Shown here one piece after another: positions 8,841 through 20,960 of a DNA stretch of 64,000 bases. The notes beneath the pieces are model-generated. The model was given only the letters and a program-made list of their open reading frames with translations. It had not been told where the DNA came from and ran no database searches. The DNA is from Syntrophorhabdaceae bacterium (lineage in GTDB: Bacteria > Desulfobacterota > Syntrophorhabdia > Syntrophorhabdales > Syntrophorhabdaceae), in NCBI GenBank assembly GCA_963665295.1, contig OY762209.1, positions 2,944,001 to 3,008,000 on the forward strand. The letters run 5' to 3'. Numbering within the stretch: the stretch's first letter is position 1; every line of letters begins with the position of its first letter. Position numbers and translations under genes: made by a program.

Positions 8841-11063
8841 TCATTCCCGTCCGTCCATCTCCGGGAGGTAGCGGCAGTACTTGTTCTTGCCGTTTCTCTT
8901 GGCATGGTACATGGCGATGTCGGCCCTTCTCACCAGTTCGTCCGCGCTGCCTCCATCCTCGGGATAGATGGTTACCCCGATACTCACGGTAACGAAGAAG
9001 TGACGGGACTCGATCACGAAGGACTTCCGGAACGCCTGCACAATCTTTTCCATCACTATTTCCACATCCCTGATGTCGGCCACCTCGTTCAAGATGAGGA
9101 GGAACTCGTCTCCCCCCATCCGGGCGACGGTATCGCTCTTCCGTAACGCGCCGGAGAGGCGGTTCGCTGATGTCCTGAGCACAAAATCACCCATCTTGTG
9201 ACCCAGAAGATCGTTCACCTTTTTGAACTTGTCCAGGTCGAGGACGGCCACGGCCACCCTTTCCCGGCTTCGTGATGCCTGGGCCATAGCCACCGAGAGG
9301 CGATCACCGAAGAGGATGCGGTTCGGCAAACCTGTGAGCGCGTCGTGATACGCCATGTGCCTGATGGTTTCCTCCGCCTTTTTGAAGGCGGTAATGTCAC
9401 GGACGATCCCCTGGTATCCGGCCACGGCTCCGTCCTGCCCCTTCTTTTCAGAGATGGTGAGAAGGCACGTCATTACGGCACCGTCCTTCTTCAGCAGCTT
9501 AACCTCGTGATCCCTGACCGCGCCCTTCTGTTTCACGCTTTCCATGAGGGCCGGCCGGTCTTCTTTGTTCGCATAGGCGTCCCTGGCGTTAACCTTGAGA
9601 GCCTCTTCCATGGTGTATCCGAAAAGGTTGAGGAAAGACCTGTTACAATCCTCGAACCGGCCGTTCTTTGCGGCAATGTAGATGGCGTCCTTCGATTCCT
9701 CGAAGAGGGTCCGGAATTTTTCCTCACTTCCGCGCAACGCCTCTACCGCCTTCTTTCTCTCCGTAATGTCATATAAGGTAATGATGATCCTGTCGTTGTC
9801 GAGAAAGGCCTTTCTGAATTCTATCTCCTTGAGGCCGCCGTCTCTGCAGATGGCGCTGAATACCCTGTCCACATATTTTCCCGCGAAATATTCCTTCCGG
9901 AACTGGGTGACCTCTTTTCTGAGTTGCGGGTCGGGATATGCTTTTTTCAGCCAACTGTGGTCCCGGAGGACCTCTTCAAGGGTGTAGCCCGTTATGTGGG
10001 TATATTCAGGATTCACGTAGAGATACTCGCCACGGCCGTTCATGAGCACGACGCCGTAGGGCGCCCGCTGAAGGATATCCTTGAACATTTCCCTCTCGCG
10101 GTAAAGCATCTCCTCCATATTCTTGCGCGCCGTAATATCTTCATGAGTGCCTTCATAATACAGGGTATTCCCGTTTTTGTCACGCACCGCCCGGGCGTTT
10201 ACAGAGACCCAGAACACGCTCCCGTCCTTCTTTATCCGCCGGGTCTCGAAACCTTCGACGCGGCCCTTTCTTTCAATAAGGGACAGAAATTCTTCCCTTT
10301 CCGCCGGGTCGGCGTAGACCTGCGTCCTTATGTCGGTCACCTTTTCAAGCATCTCCCCAACGGAACCATAGCCGCTCATACGGGCCATGGCGGGATTGAT
10401 GCTCAGGAAGCGTCCGTCACGGGTGCTCTGGAAAATGCCTTCCGTCGCATTTTCGAAGATGTTCCTGTACTTCTCCTCACTCGCCTTCACTGCCGCGGCG
10501 GCCTTCTTCCGGGCGAGGGCGTTCACCAGGATCTCGCCCACAATCTTCAGGAGGGAGACTATCTCTTCATCCCATGTCCTTTTGTACTTCACGTTGTCGA
10601 GTCCGAGAAACCCCGCAAGGTAATCACCGTATATCATGGGCGCCACAAGGAGAGACTGAACGTCAACGCCCAGAATTTGCGATTTCTCGGCCCGAGCTTT
10701 CGAGGGGAGCAGATCTGTGTCCGGAACGCGGATGATCCCAAGTCCCTTGACTCTTTCGACCAGCCAGGGCATCTCCTCTTCGGCCAGGTTTCTGAGTCTT
10801 CCGAGCCGCGAAGGGACGCCGCGGGAGCACCATTCATGGGTGTTACTCACCCGTTTGCCGTCTTCGCTGAATTGGAACAAGTAACAACGGTCCACGGACG
10901 CATAATTGCCTACCGCGCCCAGGACATCGCGGATTCCATCGTCTATTTCACTGGCGGGAAGGACAATGAAATTTGTGGAGAGGGCAAGGATCATCCTCAG
11001 CAGTTCCTCTGCTCTTCCGTTCTCCGTGCCCGTGAGTGCGGGTTCTATCTCGCTATGAAACAT
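8841..11063 (-). CDS. GAF/PAS sensor diguanylate cyclase
   Basis: N-terminal GAF, three PAS-like repeats, YHDALTGLPNR, intact GGDEF with RKSD I-site. Confidence 0.92.
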   Translation of the reverse strand: MFHSEIEPALTGTENGRAEELLRMILALSTNFIVLPASEIDDGIRDVLGAVGNYASVDRCYLFQFSEDGKRVSNTHEWCSRGVPSRLGRLRNLAEEEMPWLVERVKGLGIIRVPDTDLLPSKARAEKSQILGVDVQSLLVAPMIYGDYLAGFLGLDNVKYKRTWDEEIVSLLKIVGEILVNALARKKAAAAVKASEEKYRNIFENATEGIFQSTRDGRFLSINPAMARMSGYGSVGEMLEKVTDIRTQVYADPAEREEFLSLIERKGRVEGFETRRIKKDGSVFWVSVNARAVRDKNGNTLYYEGTHEDITARKNMEEMLYREREMFKDILQRAPYGVVLMNGRGEYLYVNPEYTHITGYTLEEVLRDHSWLKKAYPDPQLRKEVTQFRKEYFAGKYVDRVFSAICRDGGLKEIEFRKAFLDNDRIIITLYDITERKKAVEALRGSEEKFRTLFEESKDAIYIAAKNGRFEDCNRSFLNLFGYTMEEALKVNARDAYANKEDRPALMESVKQKGAVRDHEVKLLKKDGAVMTCLLTISEKKGQDGAVAGYQGIVRDITAFKKAEETIRHMAYHDALTGLPNRILFGDRLSVAMAQASRSRERVAVAVLDLDKFKKVNDLLGHKMGDFVLRTSANRLSGALRKSDTVARMGGDEFLLILNEVADIRDVEIVMEKIVQAFRKSFVIESRHFFVTVSIGVTIYPEDGGSADELVRRADIAMYHAKRNGKNKYCRYLPEMDGRE

Positions 11064-11294
11064 GGTTGTCTTTCCCGTCCCGGTGTGCAGTGGTAGGTCC
11101 CCTTTCCTCGTTCAACATGGTTATCGGCAGGCGGCCTAATTTCTTTAAATCCTTACGCGACTTGGGCCCGTTTCTTCGATTCTATGCCCTTCTTAAGTAA
11201 AATACAACCATGCCGATAAACCTGACAGCCCCGATGAACCGTACGGGGGGCCCCGGACATGGGTCCGGAGGATAAACTCACCGTGGGGGAGGAG

Positions 11295-12254
11295 ATGGGG
11301 ACAAGCCAGTCAAATATACTTCTTGAATCAGGCACCAACGAAGTTGAAATTCTGGAACTATTCATTGAGGAAGAAGGGTACAAGGGCTACTACGGGGTAA
11401 ACGTGGCAAAAGTCCTTGAAATAATACCTTTGCCTTCCAAGATTATGAGGCCCCCACATCTCAAGGGGTCCTTTGCATACGGAATGTTCAACCACCGGGA
11501 CAAGATCATTGCCCTTTTCGACCTCGGCACATGGCTGGGAAGGACCAGGATAGAAAATGCGCCGCCCAAGGTGTTGATCACGGAATTCAACAATGTGACG
11601 AACGCCTTCCTTGTCTCAGGGGTTACGAGAATCCACCGGGTCACCTGGGGCGATATTAAGCCGCTGGACGGCTACATGGACGGTCTCAGCGATACCATCA
11701 CGAGTGTCATAGAATTGGAGGATAAACTTGTCTTCCTTCTTGACCTCGAAAAGGCAGTGGCCGACCTGAACCCTGATCTCGCTATCTCGGCGCCTCTTCA
11801 GACCGTCGCACAGTCGGAGATCTTTCGTGACGCGCCTATCAGGATTCTACATGCCGACGACTCCTCGGTGATCCGCATTACGGTGAAGAGGAAATTGGAA
11901 GAAAACAAGATATTTTCGGTCAGGTCCGCAGGAAACGGTGACGAAGCCTGGGAATTCCTCGTTGATGCGAAGAATAAGGCCCGCGAAAACGGGACGAAGC
12001 TTACCGAAGCAGTTGAGGTGGTTCTGAGCGACATCGAAATGCCCGGCATGGACGGGTACCATCTCTGCAAACGGATCAAAGAGGACCCGGAATTAAAGTC
12101 GATTCCCGTGGTGCTATTCTCCTCGCTCATCACGGAAAAGTTGTTCCATAAAGGAGAGGCAGTAGGCGCCGACGGCCAGTTCGCGAAGCCCGACATGCAA
12201 TTGATGCTGTTTATTCAAGAGTTTGTGGAAAGAAGAAGGCAGGCCGGCTCATAG
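11295..12254 (+). CDS. cheV: chemotaxis protein CheV (CheW + receiver)
   Basis: ILLESGTNEVEILE...YGVNVAKVLEI N-terminus; receiver motifs ADDS, SDIEMPGMDG and FSSL. Confidence 0.9.
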   Translation: MGTSQSNILLESGTNEVEILELFIEEEGYKGYYGVNVAKVLEIIPLPSKIMRPPHLKGSFAYGMFNHRDKIIALFDLGTWLGRTRIENAPPKVLITEFNNVTNAFLVSGVTRIHRVTWGDIKPLDGYMDGLSDTITSVIELEDKLVFLLDLEKAVADLNPDLAISAPLQTVAQSEIFRDAPIRILHADDSSVIRITVKRKLEENKIFSVRSAGNGDEAWEFLVDAKNKARENGTKLTEAVEVVLSDIEMPGMDGYHLCKRIKEDPELKSIPVVLFSSLITEKLFHKGEAVGADGQFAKPDMQLMLFIQEFVERRRQAGS

Positions 12255-12279
12255 AGACCGGCCACGGCCGTTAAGGTTT

Positions 12280-12326
12280 GAAATCAAATACCCGCACAGG
12301 TAATCCCCGTGCGGGTATTTGATTTC
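12280..12326. terminator. bidirectional hairpin between convergent genes
   Basis: Perfect 18-bp inverted repeat GAAATCAAATACCCGCAC / GTGCGGGTATTTGATTTC. Confidence 0.7.
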
Positions 12327-12353
12327 CCCTCTCAGGAAATGACGGCGGACGGG

Positions 12354-12812
12354 CTATTTCCAGAAACCGCAGCCGATGAACACGTTTTCCCCTTCCACTC
12401 GCTGCACCCAGGCCATCTTCTGCTGCACTTTTTTGGTGGCAGGGTTGGTCCACATATAACTGACCCAACCGCTCCCCTTGGTCTTAGCCACTTCCATTTG
12501 TTCCTTTACGAAGAATTTTCCCGAGGCATCTTTTATGTCCAGGAAGTTCATACCCACAATCTTGGTGTTTCCTCCGTTTGCGATCAGGATTCCGTTGAAG
12601 TCGTGGGCGTGAATGTACAAGTCGCCCTTTACGAACTGGCCCTTGGGGTTATTGAATTCCGCGATGGCCTTGTCCTTTCCGTTCGCCTTCCAGAAGACCA
12701 CCGCCTTTTCCACCATGGCCTTTGCGTCGCCCTCGGTCGCTGCCTGAGCAACCAGCACCATACCTGCCATCACCATCAGCGCCACTACCATCCCACATAC
12801 GAATCGTCTCAT
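12354..12812 (-). CDS. stand-alone periplasmic single Cache (sCache_2-like) domain protein
   Basis: Signal peptide; F..GDLY, KDASGK and GWVSYMW.NP motifs; AGGGAGG RBS. Confidence 0.85.
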   Translation of the reverse strand: MRRFVCGMVVALMVMAGMVLVAQAATEGDAKAMVEKAVVFWKANGKDKAIAEFNNPKGQFVKGDLYIHAHDFNGILIANGGNTKIVGMNFLDIKDASGKFFVKEQMEVAKTKGSGWVSYMWTNPATKKVQQKMAWVQRVEGENVFIGCGFWK

Positions 12813-13025
12813 GCAAACCTCCCTTTCATTGCGGGTTGCCCCGAAAATAGTTGTACCTATAACTGTCGGGTGATGCGGTCTGTTTCTTAAGCCTCGTGCA
12901 TCTTTTTCCTGAAACTGCGAGAAAGGGTTTGACAAACCCGCCGCGAGGAAGAACAATATATACCACAAGCGTCTGCCGCAGGGGGAACTGCGGAACGCAG
13001 CAACTGTTACCAAGGAGGTGATGGG

Positions 13026-13412
13026 TTGAAGGCCGTAGTCAAAACACTTTTGGTATCCCTGTGTCTCTGGCTTTCGCTTTCCGCATGTCATACCGTCGTG
13101 CAGAAGCTCTCTTATACCCAGGGGGACCGTGGATGTGAGGTTGAGGTGTTTGAAAAAGGAGCGGAAGGGAATTGCCTCACGAAAGACCGGGCTCCGGTCT
13201 CATTTTCCCTATGGTCCACGCGCATACCCAATTACTCGATCATATTTCAAGGACTGAACAGTAATGACCCGGATTTCACCCCTATGTACGGGTTCGTCGT
13301 CAACGATGTGGAGCAGGAGCCCAGCGATGATCTCTGGAAAAGGCTGTTACAGGACCCCCAAATGCTGTGCAACCGGGCATGCGGACCTGCCGACTGGCTT
13401 CTCGTGAGATAG
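13026..13412 (+). CDS. hypothetical lipoprotein
   Basis: AAGGAGGT RBS, TTG start, hydrophobic leader ending in LSAC. Confidence 0.55.
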   Translation: MKAVVKTLLVSLCLWLSLSACHTVVQKLSYTQGDRGCEVEVFEKGAEGNCLTKDRAPVSFSLWSTRIPNYSIIFQGLNSNDPDFTPMYGFVVNDVEQEPSDDLWKRLLQDPQMLCNRACGPADWLLVR

Positions 13413-13424
13413 CCATCGCATGCG

Positions 13425-13579
13425 GTTCCGGTTCATGCCCCGTGCGGGAGCGGCTTCTTTCTTCGTGTCTCTCGTGTTCCCGTTGACGTTTCAACCCACG
13501 CCCCCGCAGGGCAGCAAAAACTTACGCTCAATATTAGTAGATTATCAGGAGTTTCAACCCACGCCCCTTTGAGGGCGGC
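13425..13579 (-). CRISPR. degenerate type I-C CRISPR mini-array, 3 repeats / 2 spacers
   Basis: Repeats begin on + at 13425, 13488 and 13551 (exact 63-nt period). In minus sense: GCCGCCCTCAAAGGGGCGTGGGTTGAAAC, GCTGCCCTGCGGGGGCGTGGGTTGAAAC, GCCGCTCCCGCACGGGGCATGAACCGGAAC. Spacers are 35 and 33 nt; the array starts 77 nt after the cas7 stop. Confidence 0.85.
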
Positions 13580-14497
13580 ACCATCATTTATTGCTTACGG
13601 AAACCAGGCCCGAAGGCCGGTTCCGATCGGTTCCTCCGTCGGTCTTTCTCCGGCGCTCAGATCTTTTCCTCCATGGTCACTCCATTCGGCAGCCTGTCCG
13701 TATCGACTGCAATCACGTAGTCGGTGAAGGCGCGGGCAGGTTCGGAATCGTCCCTGCGACGACCCACACGAACAAGGTCAAACAGCTTATGGGCGGGAGC
13801 GTTGCCCAAAGCGGAATCATGCTTGAATACCATGAGCCTTCGGGCATTCATCTTTCCTCTTGAGGCGGAATGATCATGGTCGAACATATTTACCAGGGAG
13901 TCCCAGAATAACTGGAGGTCTTCCCCAGAGAAACCTGTCTGCTGAGCGAGATGAGCGGATACGTAGCCTTCGGCGCGATAGAGCGCGTAGGGAACGATGT
14001 GTTTCCTGCCCATGGTGCGGTTATCACCGCCCTGCTGCTCCGCTTCCTTCTCGGTAGCCACGGCCATCCTTGTAATGCTTACCTCCGTGGGAACAATGGC
14101 CTCGATGCTGCGGGCAAAACAGAGTTGCACGGGACCCCGGACCTGCCCACAGTTTATTTCGAGGGCCATGACCGCCCCAAAGGTGCGCACGTCGTAGAAA
14201 TTGGCGCACATCCAGGCCCGGGCCTTCTCCACTTCATCCGCCGTGCCTTTGCGTCCTTTTCCGCTCACCCTGTCTTCGACTCCCACGGCTTGATGGGCGC
14301 GCCTGTGGGTCTGGTTGAGAATGGCCTTTTCCCGTACATAGATTTCATAGGGAGACTGATTGCTCTTCGCGATTTCAACGAAGTTCCGGACCTTCCTCTT
14401 GAGGCAGACGTCGGTTACCAGGCCGAAACTTGTCTCCGGGTCGATGCGGGGCATGTTTCCCGCATCGGGGTCTCCGTTGGGGTTTCCGTTTTCCACA

Positions 14498-16941
<2,444 letters not shown>

Positions 16942-17114
16942 TCACCAAAATTAGTCTGCCCCATGCGAGTAAAAAGCCAACCCACAGTCACGTAACCGGG
17001 AGGATGAGCCGCCGTATTGTAATTGTTGGCGCGTTAAGCTTTAGAGCAACATGGCGGGTCTCGAGCGGAGCTTCCACGCGGGTTCGTTTTTCACCGTTGG
17101 TGATTTGCACACAA

Positions 17115-17143
17115 ATTTTAAGGCATGGATGAAGAAAAATCAA
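17115..17143 (-). promoter_or_regulatory. sigma70-like promoter of the cas5-8-7 operon
   Basis: Minus strand TTGATT-17 nt-TAAAAT in an AT-rich intergenic region, about 210 nt upstream of cas5. Confidence 0.6.
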
Positions 17144-17399
17144 GCCCTATGATTATTAAAACGGTAAATACGGCATTATAAGGAATTCTTTAATACCATA
17201 ATAGCACTAAAAAGAGTATTACGGTAGAGAAATGGCATGGATATGGAGCACAGGACATCAACACGGTCAACCTCGCAGATGCAACAAAATATTATCATTC
17301 GTGATTTTCAGTAAGGACCGTGGTACCGCGAGGGCGGACCCGGTGCCGCGGGGGGAAGACGATGCCGGGAATAGGGGACGGAGACTGCCTCAGGGTGGG

Positions 17400-17960
17400 T
17401 TAAAGGCCCAATTGTCCGCCTATTTCAGTCATGGCCTTCAAAGAGATGGACAGGAATTCCTCAAGAGGAATGCCGATTGATTCACACTCCCTGATAATGT
17501 CGCGGTTAACGGAAGCGGCAAAGGCCTTTTCTTTCATCCGCTTGGTCAGTGACTTTACCTTTACGCTCGCGAGTTTTTTGTCGGGATAGACCATGGCGGT
17601 AGCCGTTATGAGTCCCGTCACGGTTTCGCCCGCGGCGAGGGCATGCTGCAGTTCCGTTTCTCTCTTCTTGTTTCGGACTACTTCGTTGTGCATCACTATG
17701 GCTTCGACGATTTCGGGGTCGAGGTCGGTTTCCTTGAGAATACGCTCCGTCTCAAGCCCATGGACCGCGAGATCGCCTTCCACGATCTCTATATCGAGGT
17801 CGTGAAGAAGGCCGGCCATGGCCCATTTATCCTCATCGGCCCCCAACCTTCGGGCCAGGGCTTTCATTACCGCTTCGGCGGCATAACAATGATTGAGCAT
17901 CCTCTCGTTTTTGACATGGGCGTCCAGTAACCGGACCGCCTGCTCTCTTGTAAAGGACAT
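17400..17960 (-). CDS. HD-superfamily (HDIG-type) predicted hydrolase
   Basis: H..A.EAVM.ALA, GLLHDLD, H, KSL.KRMKEKAFA..VNRD.I pattern of the widespread stand-alone family. Confidence 0.85.
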   Translation of the reverse strand: MSFTREQAVRLLDAHVKNERMLNHCYAAEAVMKALARRLGADEDKWAMAGLLHDLDIEIVEGDLAVHGLETERILKETDLDPEIVEAIVMHNEVVRNKKRETELQHALAAGETVTGLITATAMVYPDKKLASVKVKSLTKRMKEKAFAASVNRDIIRECESIGIPLEEFLSISLKAMTEIGGQLGL

Positions 17961-17989
17961 GGTAAATCCTCCTTATAGGGCAAACATAA

Positions 17990-18526
17990 TCACCAGGACA
18001 TGCCTCTTGACCTTAGAATATTCTGGGACTCGGTGTGGCCCAGGCGGGCCGCAATCCTGTAGCTTTCGAAGGCTTGCCCGGTCTTGCCCAGGTTCATATA
18101 GGCATTGCCCTTGTTGAAATAGGCATTTCCGTTGGTGGGGTCCAATTGGGCGGCCGCGGTGTAATCCTCGAGGGCGAGCTTGTAATTGCCCAGAATCTCG
18201 TGAACGAGTCCCCGGTCGAGACGGGCCCCCGAGTCCTTGGGGATGATGGCGACGGCTGCATTGAAGTCATCCAGGGCTTTGTCGAAATGGCCCAGTTCTT
18301 CATAGGCCGTGGCCCTTCCAAGATATGCCATTGCGTCCCCGGAGTTGAGATTGATGGCATGAGTGTAGGAATCGATGGCCTTATAGTAGTCGCCCGACAT
18401 GAGGTAATATTCGCCGTTTCGGGTCATGTTGACCACCGGGTCACAGGACCAGACGGTTACGAGCAGGAACATGGCGGGCGCAAAGAACAGAACAGCTTTC
18501 AGAAGTCTTTTTTTATCGGTTGCCAC
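17990..18526 (-). CDS. TPR-repeat (lipo)protein
   Basis: Hydrophobic leader ending in WSC; tandem TPRs (AY..RA..Y..LG, A...DP...AY.N.G); GGAGG before GTG 18526. Confidence 0.8.
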   Translation of the reverse strand: MATDKKRLLKAVLFFAPAMFLLVTVWSCDPVVNMTRNGEYYLMSGDYYKAIDSYTHAINLNSGDAMAYLGRATAYEELGHFDKALDDFNAAVAIIPKDSGARLDRGLVHEILGNYKLALEDYTAAAQLDPTNGNAYFNKGNAYMNLGKTGQAFESYRIAARLGHTESQNILRSRGMSW

Positions 18527-18671
18527 GAGGCCTCCCCTGATGGTTAGTTGCATTGATGATACCACATTGCGCCGCCGTTTCCTAGAATTTTGACTGGAGC
18601 CTTCCCGGTCCCGGCGGCCCGTGTCCGGGGGTGCGTGACAGAGCGGAAAGAGACCTCGTCAGGCGTCGCGG

Positions 18672-20801
18672 TCATGCTTCCTCTATGAGACATTCATAGT
18701 ACTTTCGCACATACTCTTTCACCATCCGTCTCGTGGAAAACTTCGGCGCGTTGCTTTTGATGGATTCCTTCATGACTTTCACCCACCCGTGGGGTATTCC
18801 GTCTTCAGCCACCTCGTAATAAAGTGGGATGATCTCGTTTTCGATGATCCCGTACAGGTCCTCTGCGTCGGCCTGATCTCTCGCGCCGTCGATCTCCTTC
18901 GACCCGAATGCCCAGCCGTTCTTCCCGTTATATCCCTCGATCCACCAGCCGTCAAGGATGCTCAAGTGGGGCACACCGTTCAGGGCTGCTTTCATGCCGC
19001 TTGTCCCGCTGGCTTCCATGGGAGGGACCGGGTTGTTGAGCCAGACATCCACTCCGTGCACCATATATTGGGCCAATTGTTCCCCGTAGTCCACGACAAA
19101 GGCGATCCTCCCGCCGAATTCCGGGTTTGTGGCTGCCTTGAACACCTTCTGTAATACCCGTTTTCCCGGGTCATCCGCGGGGTGGGCTTTTCCCGCAAAG
19201 ATGATCTGAATGGGCCTCCACCTGTCGTTGAGAAGGCGCTTCAGTCTCTCCAGGTCATAGAGGATGAGGTCAGCCCTTTTGTAGGTGGCAAACCTACGGG
19301 CAAAACCGATGGTGAGTATGGAGGGGTCAAGGAGGGTGCCTCCTGCCAGGGCCGTGGTCGGGTTCACATGTTCCTTTGCCCAGAGCTGCTGCGCCTGTTG
19401 CCTGATATCGTCGATGAGTTTCACCTTCAGCCAATAGTGAGTCCTCCAGAGCTCCTCATCGGGGATGTTGTCCACTCCCTGCCATATGGACGGGTTATCG
19501 TGCTCCTTGAGCCAGTCCGATCCCACATACTTATTGAAGATAAGCTCGATCTTGGGCTCTACCCACGTGGGCACGTGTATCCCGTTCGTGACACTGCCGA
19601 TGGGCGTTCTGTCTTCAGGGAGGTCAGGCCAGAGATCTCCCCACAGCCGCCGGGCAACCTCGCCATGCCTCTTGCTTACCCCATACCGGTATTCGCACAG
19701 CCTGAGAGCGAGAACGGTCATATTGAAACCTGTGTGGGGCGCCTTCGGGTCGATACCCATCTGGAGGAACGTGTCGTGATCCATGTTGAGGGAGTCCCAG
19801 TAATTGGAGAAATACTTTTCCATAAGAGGGAAGGGGTAGATGTCGTTGCCCGCGGGGACAGGGGTGTGGGTGGTGAAGATGGAGGTGGCCTTCACCCGGT
19901 CCCGCGCCTCCTGGGGAGTGAAGCCTCTCTGGATGTGGCTCCTTATCCTCTCAAGCAAGGCGAAGGCCGCATGGCCCTCGTTCAGATGGAGGATGGAGTG
20001 CCTGATGCCGAGGGTATTGAGCATTGCCGAGCCTCCGATACCGAGGACGATCTCCTGCCGTAACCGTTGTTCCATATCTCCGATGTAGAGATGCTGACTT
20101 ATCGTTCTGTTCCAGGGGTCGTTCGCGTCTATATCGGTGTCCATAAGGTAGAGGGTAGCTCGCCCTACATTGACTCTCCAGACCGAAACATAGATGGGAG
20201 GTTCGATGAAGGGGACCCGCACCACGATCTGTTTCATCCGGTCATCGGTGACCTTTGAGATCGAAGCAGCCTCCCTGTCCAGCACTTCGTTGGCGCTGTC
20301 CTGCCAACCGTCTTCGCGCATACGCTGTCGCACGTATCCCTCGGGATACATGAACCCCGCCCCCACCACGGGCACTCCGAGGTCGCTGCATTCCTTGACG
20401 AAATCACCGGCGAGAAAGCCGAGCCCGCCGGCATAGAAGGGGAGAGAGTGGTGGAGTCCGTATTCAGCCGAGAAATAAGCGATTACCGTCTTTTCAGCAT
20501 TCGGGACATTGCGAAAGAACCAGGTATCCCCCGTGGTGAGATCTTCTTGAAATCCGGCGAAGACCTCGTCGTAGTACTTGAGATAGGTCGGGTTTTGTGC
20601 GGCCCTCTCCAGGAACTCCCGGGGAAGGTCTCCAAGCATCTTGAACGGGTTGTGACCGCTCTCCTTCCACGACTCCCTGTTTAGCATCTTGAAAAGCATT
20701 CGTGCCGCGGGATGCCAACTCCACCAGAGGTTGTCGGCAATCTCCCCGAGACCTGATATCCGCGCCGGCAGACCGGGGAATGACCCTTGTTGCCCTTTCA
20801 T
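18672..20801 (-). CDS. glgP: alpha-glucan (glycogen/starch) phosphorylase
   Basis: AYFSAEYG, YAGGLG, HLNEGH, GFARRFATYKRA and PLP motif EASGTSGMKAALNG. Confidence 0.95.
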   Translation of the reverse strand: MKGQQGSFPGLPARISGLGEIADNLWWSWHPAARMLFKMLNRESWKESGHNPFKMLGDLPREFLERAAQNPTYLKYYDEVFAGFQEDLTTGDTWFFRNVPNAEKTVIAYFSAEYGLHHSLPFYAGGLGFLAGDFVKECSDLGVPVVGAGFMYPEGYVRQRMREDGWQDSANEVLDREAASISKVTDDRMKQIVVRVPFIEPPIYVSVWRVNVGRATLYLMDTDIDANDPWNRTISQHLYIGDMEQRLRQEIVLGIGGSAMLNTLGIRHSILHLNEGHAAFALLERIRSHIQRGFTPQEARDRVKATSIFTTHTPVPAGNDIYPFPLMEKYFSNYWDSLNMDHDTFLQMGIDPKAPHTGFNMTVLALRLCEYRYGVSKRHGEVARRLWGDLWPDLPEDRTPIGSVTNGIHVPTWVEPKIELIFNKYVGSDWLKEHDNPSIWQGVDNIPDEELWRTHYWLKVKLIDDIRQQAQQLWAKEHVNPTTALAGGTLLDPSILTIGFARRFATYKRADLILYDLERLKRLLNDRWRPIQIIFAGKAHPADDPGKRVLQKVFKAATNPEFGGRIAFVVDYGEQLAQYMVHGVDVWLNNPVPPMEASGTSGMKAALNGVPHLSILDGWWIEGYNGKNGWAFGSKEIDGARDQADAEDLYGIIENEIIPLYYEVAEDGIPHGWVKVMKESIKSNAPKFSTRRMVKEYVRKYYECLIEEA

Positions 20802-20960
20802 GAATACCTCCTTACCGTGAGCAGCTCCGCATCGAGTGAGGAGACATTACCACCGCGTTTTTGCGTCGGGAATGTCTCCGGGTGTGGCCCCTCCCCGGAG
20901 GAGGCACACCCGTTAACGCTAGACCGGCAAGGGACGGCGGACGTAAGGCCCGTGACCGTG

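Noticed and set aside
9924..11096. Long antisense ORFs (also 43532-44614, 26237-27211, 60018-60998, 19182-20063 and others)
   Set aside because: These are shadows of well-supported genes on the opposite strand in GC-rich DNA, with no recognisable motifs.
17400..17960. HD protein upstream of cas5 as a split Cas3 nuclease (Cas3'')
   Set aside because: Its sequence pattern matches the common stand-alone HDIG hydrolase family. It is separated from cas5 by about 500 nt containing a separate promoter, and no Cas3 helicase is present. A functional link cannot be fully excluded without synteny data.
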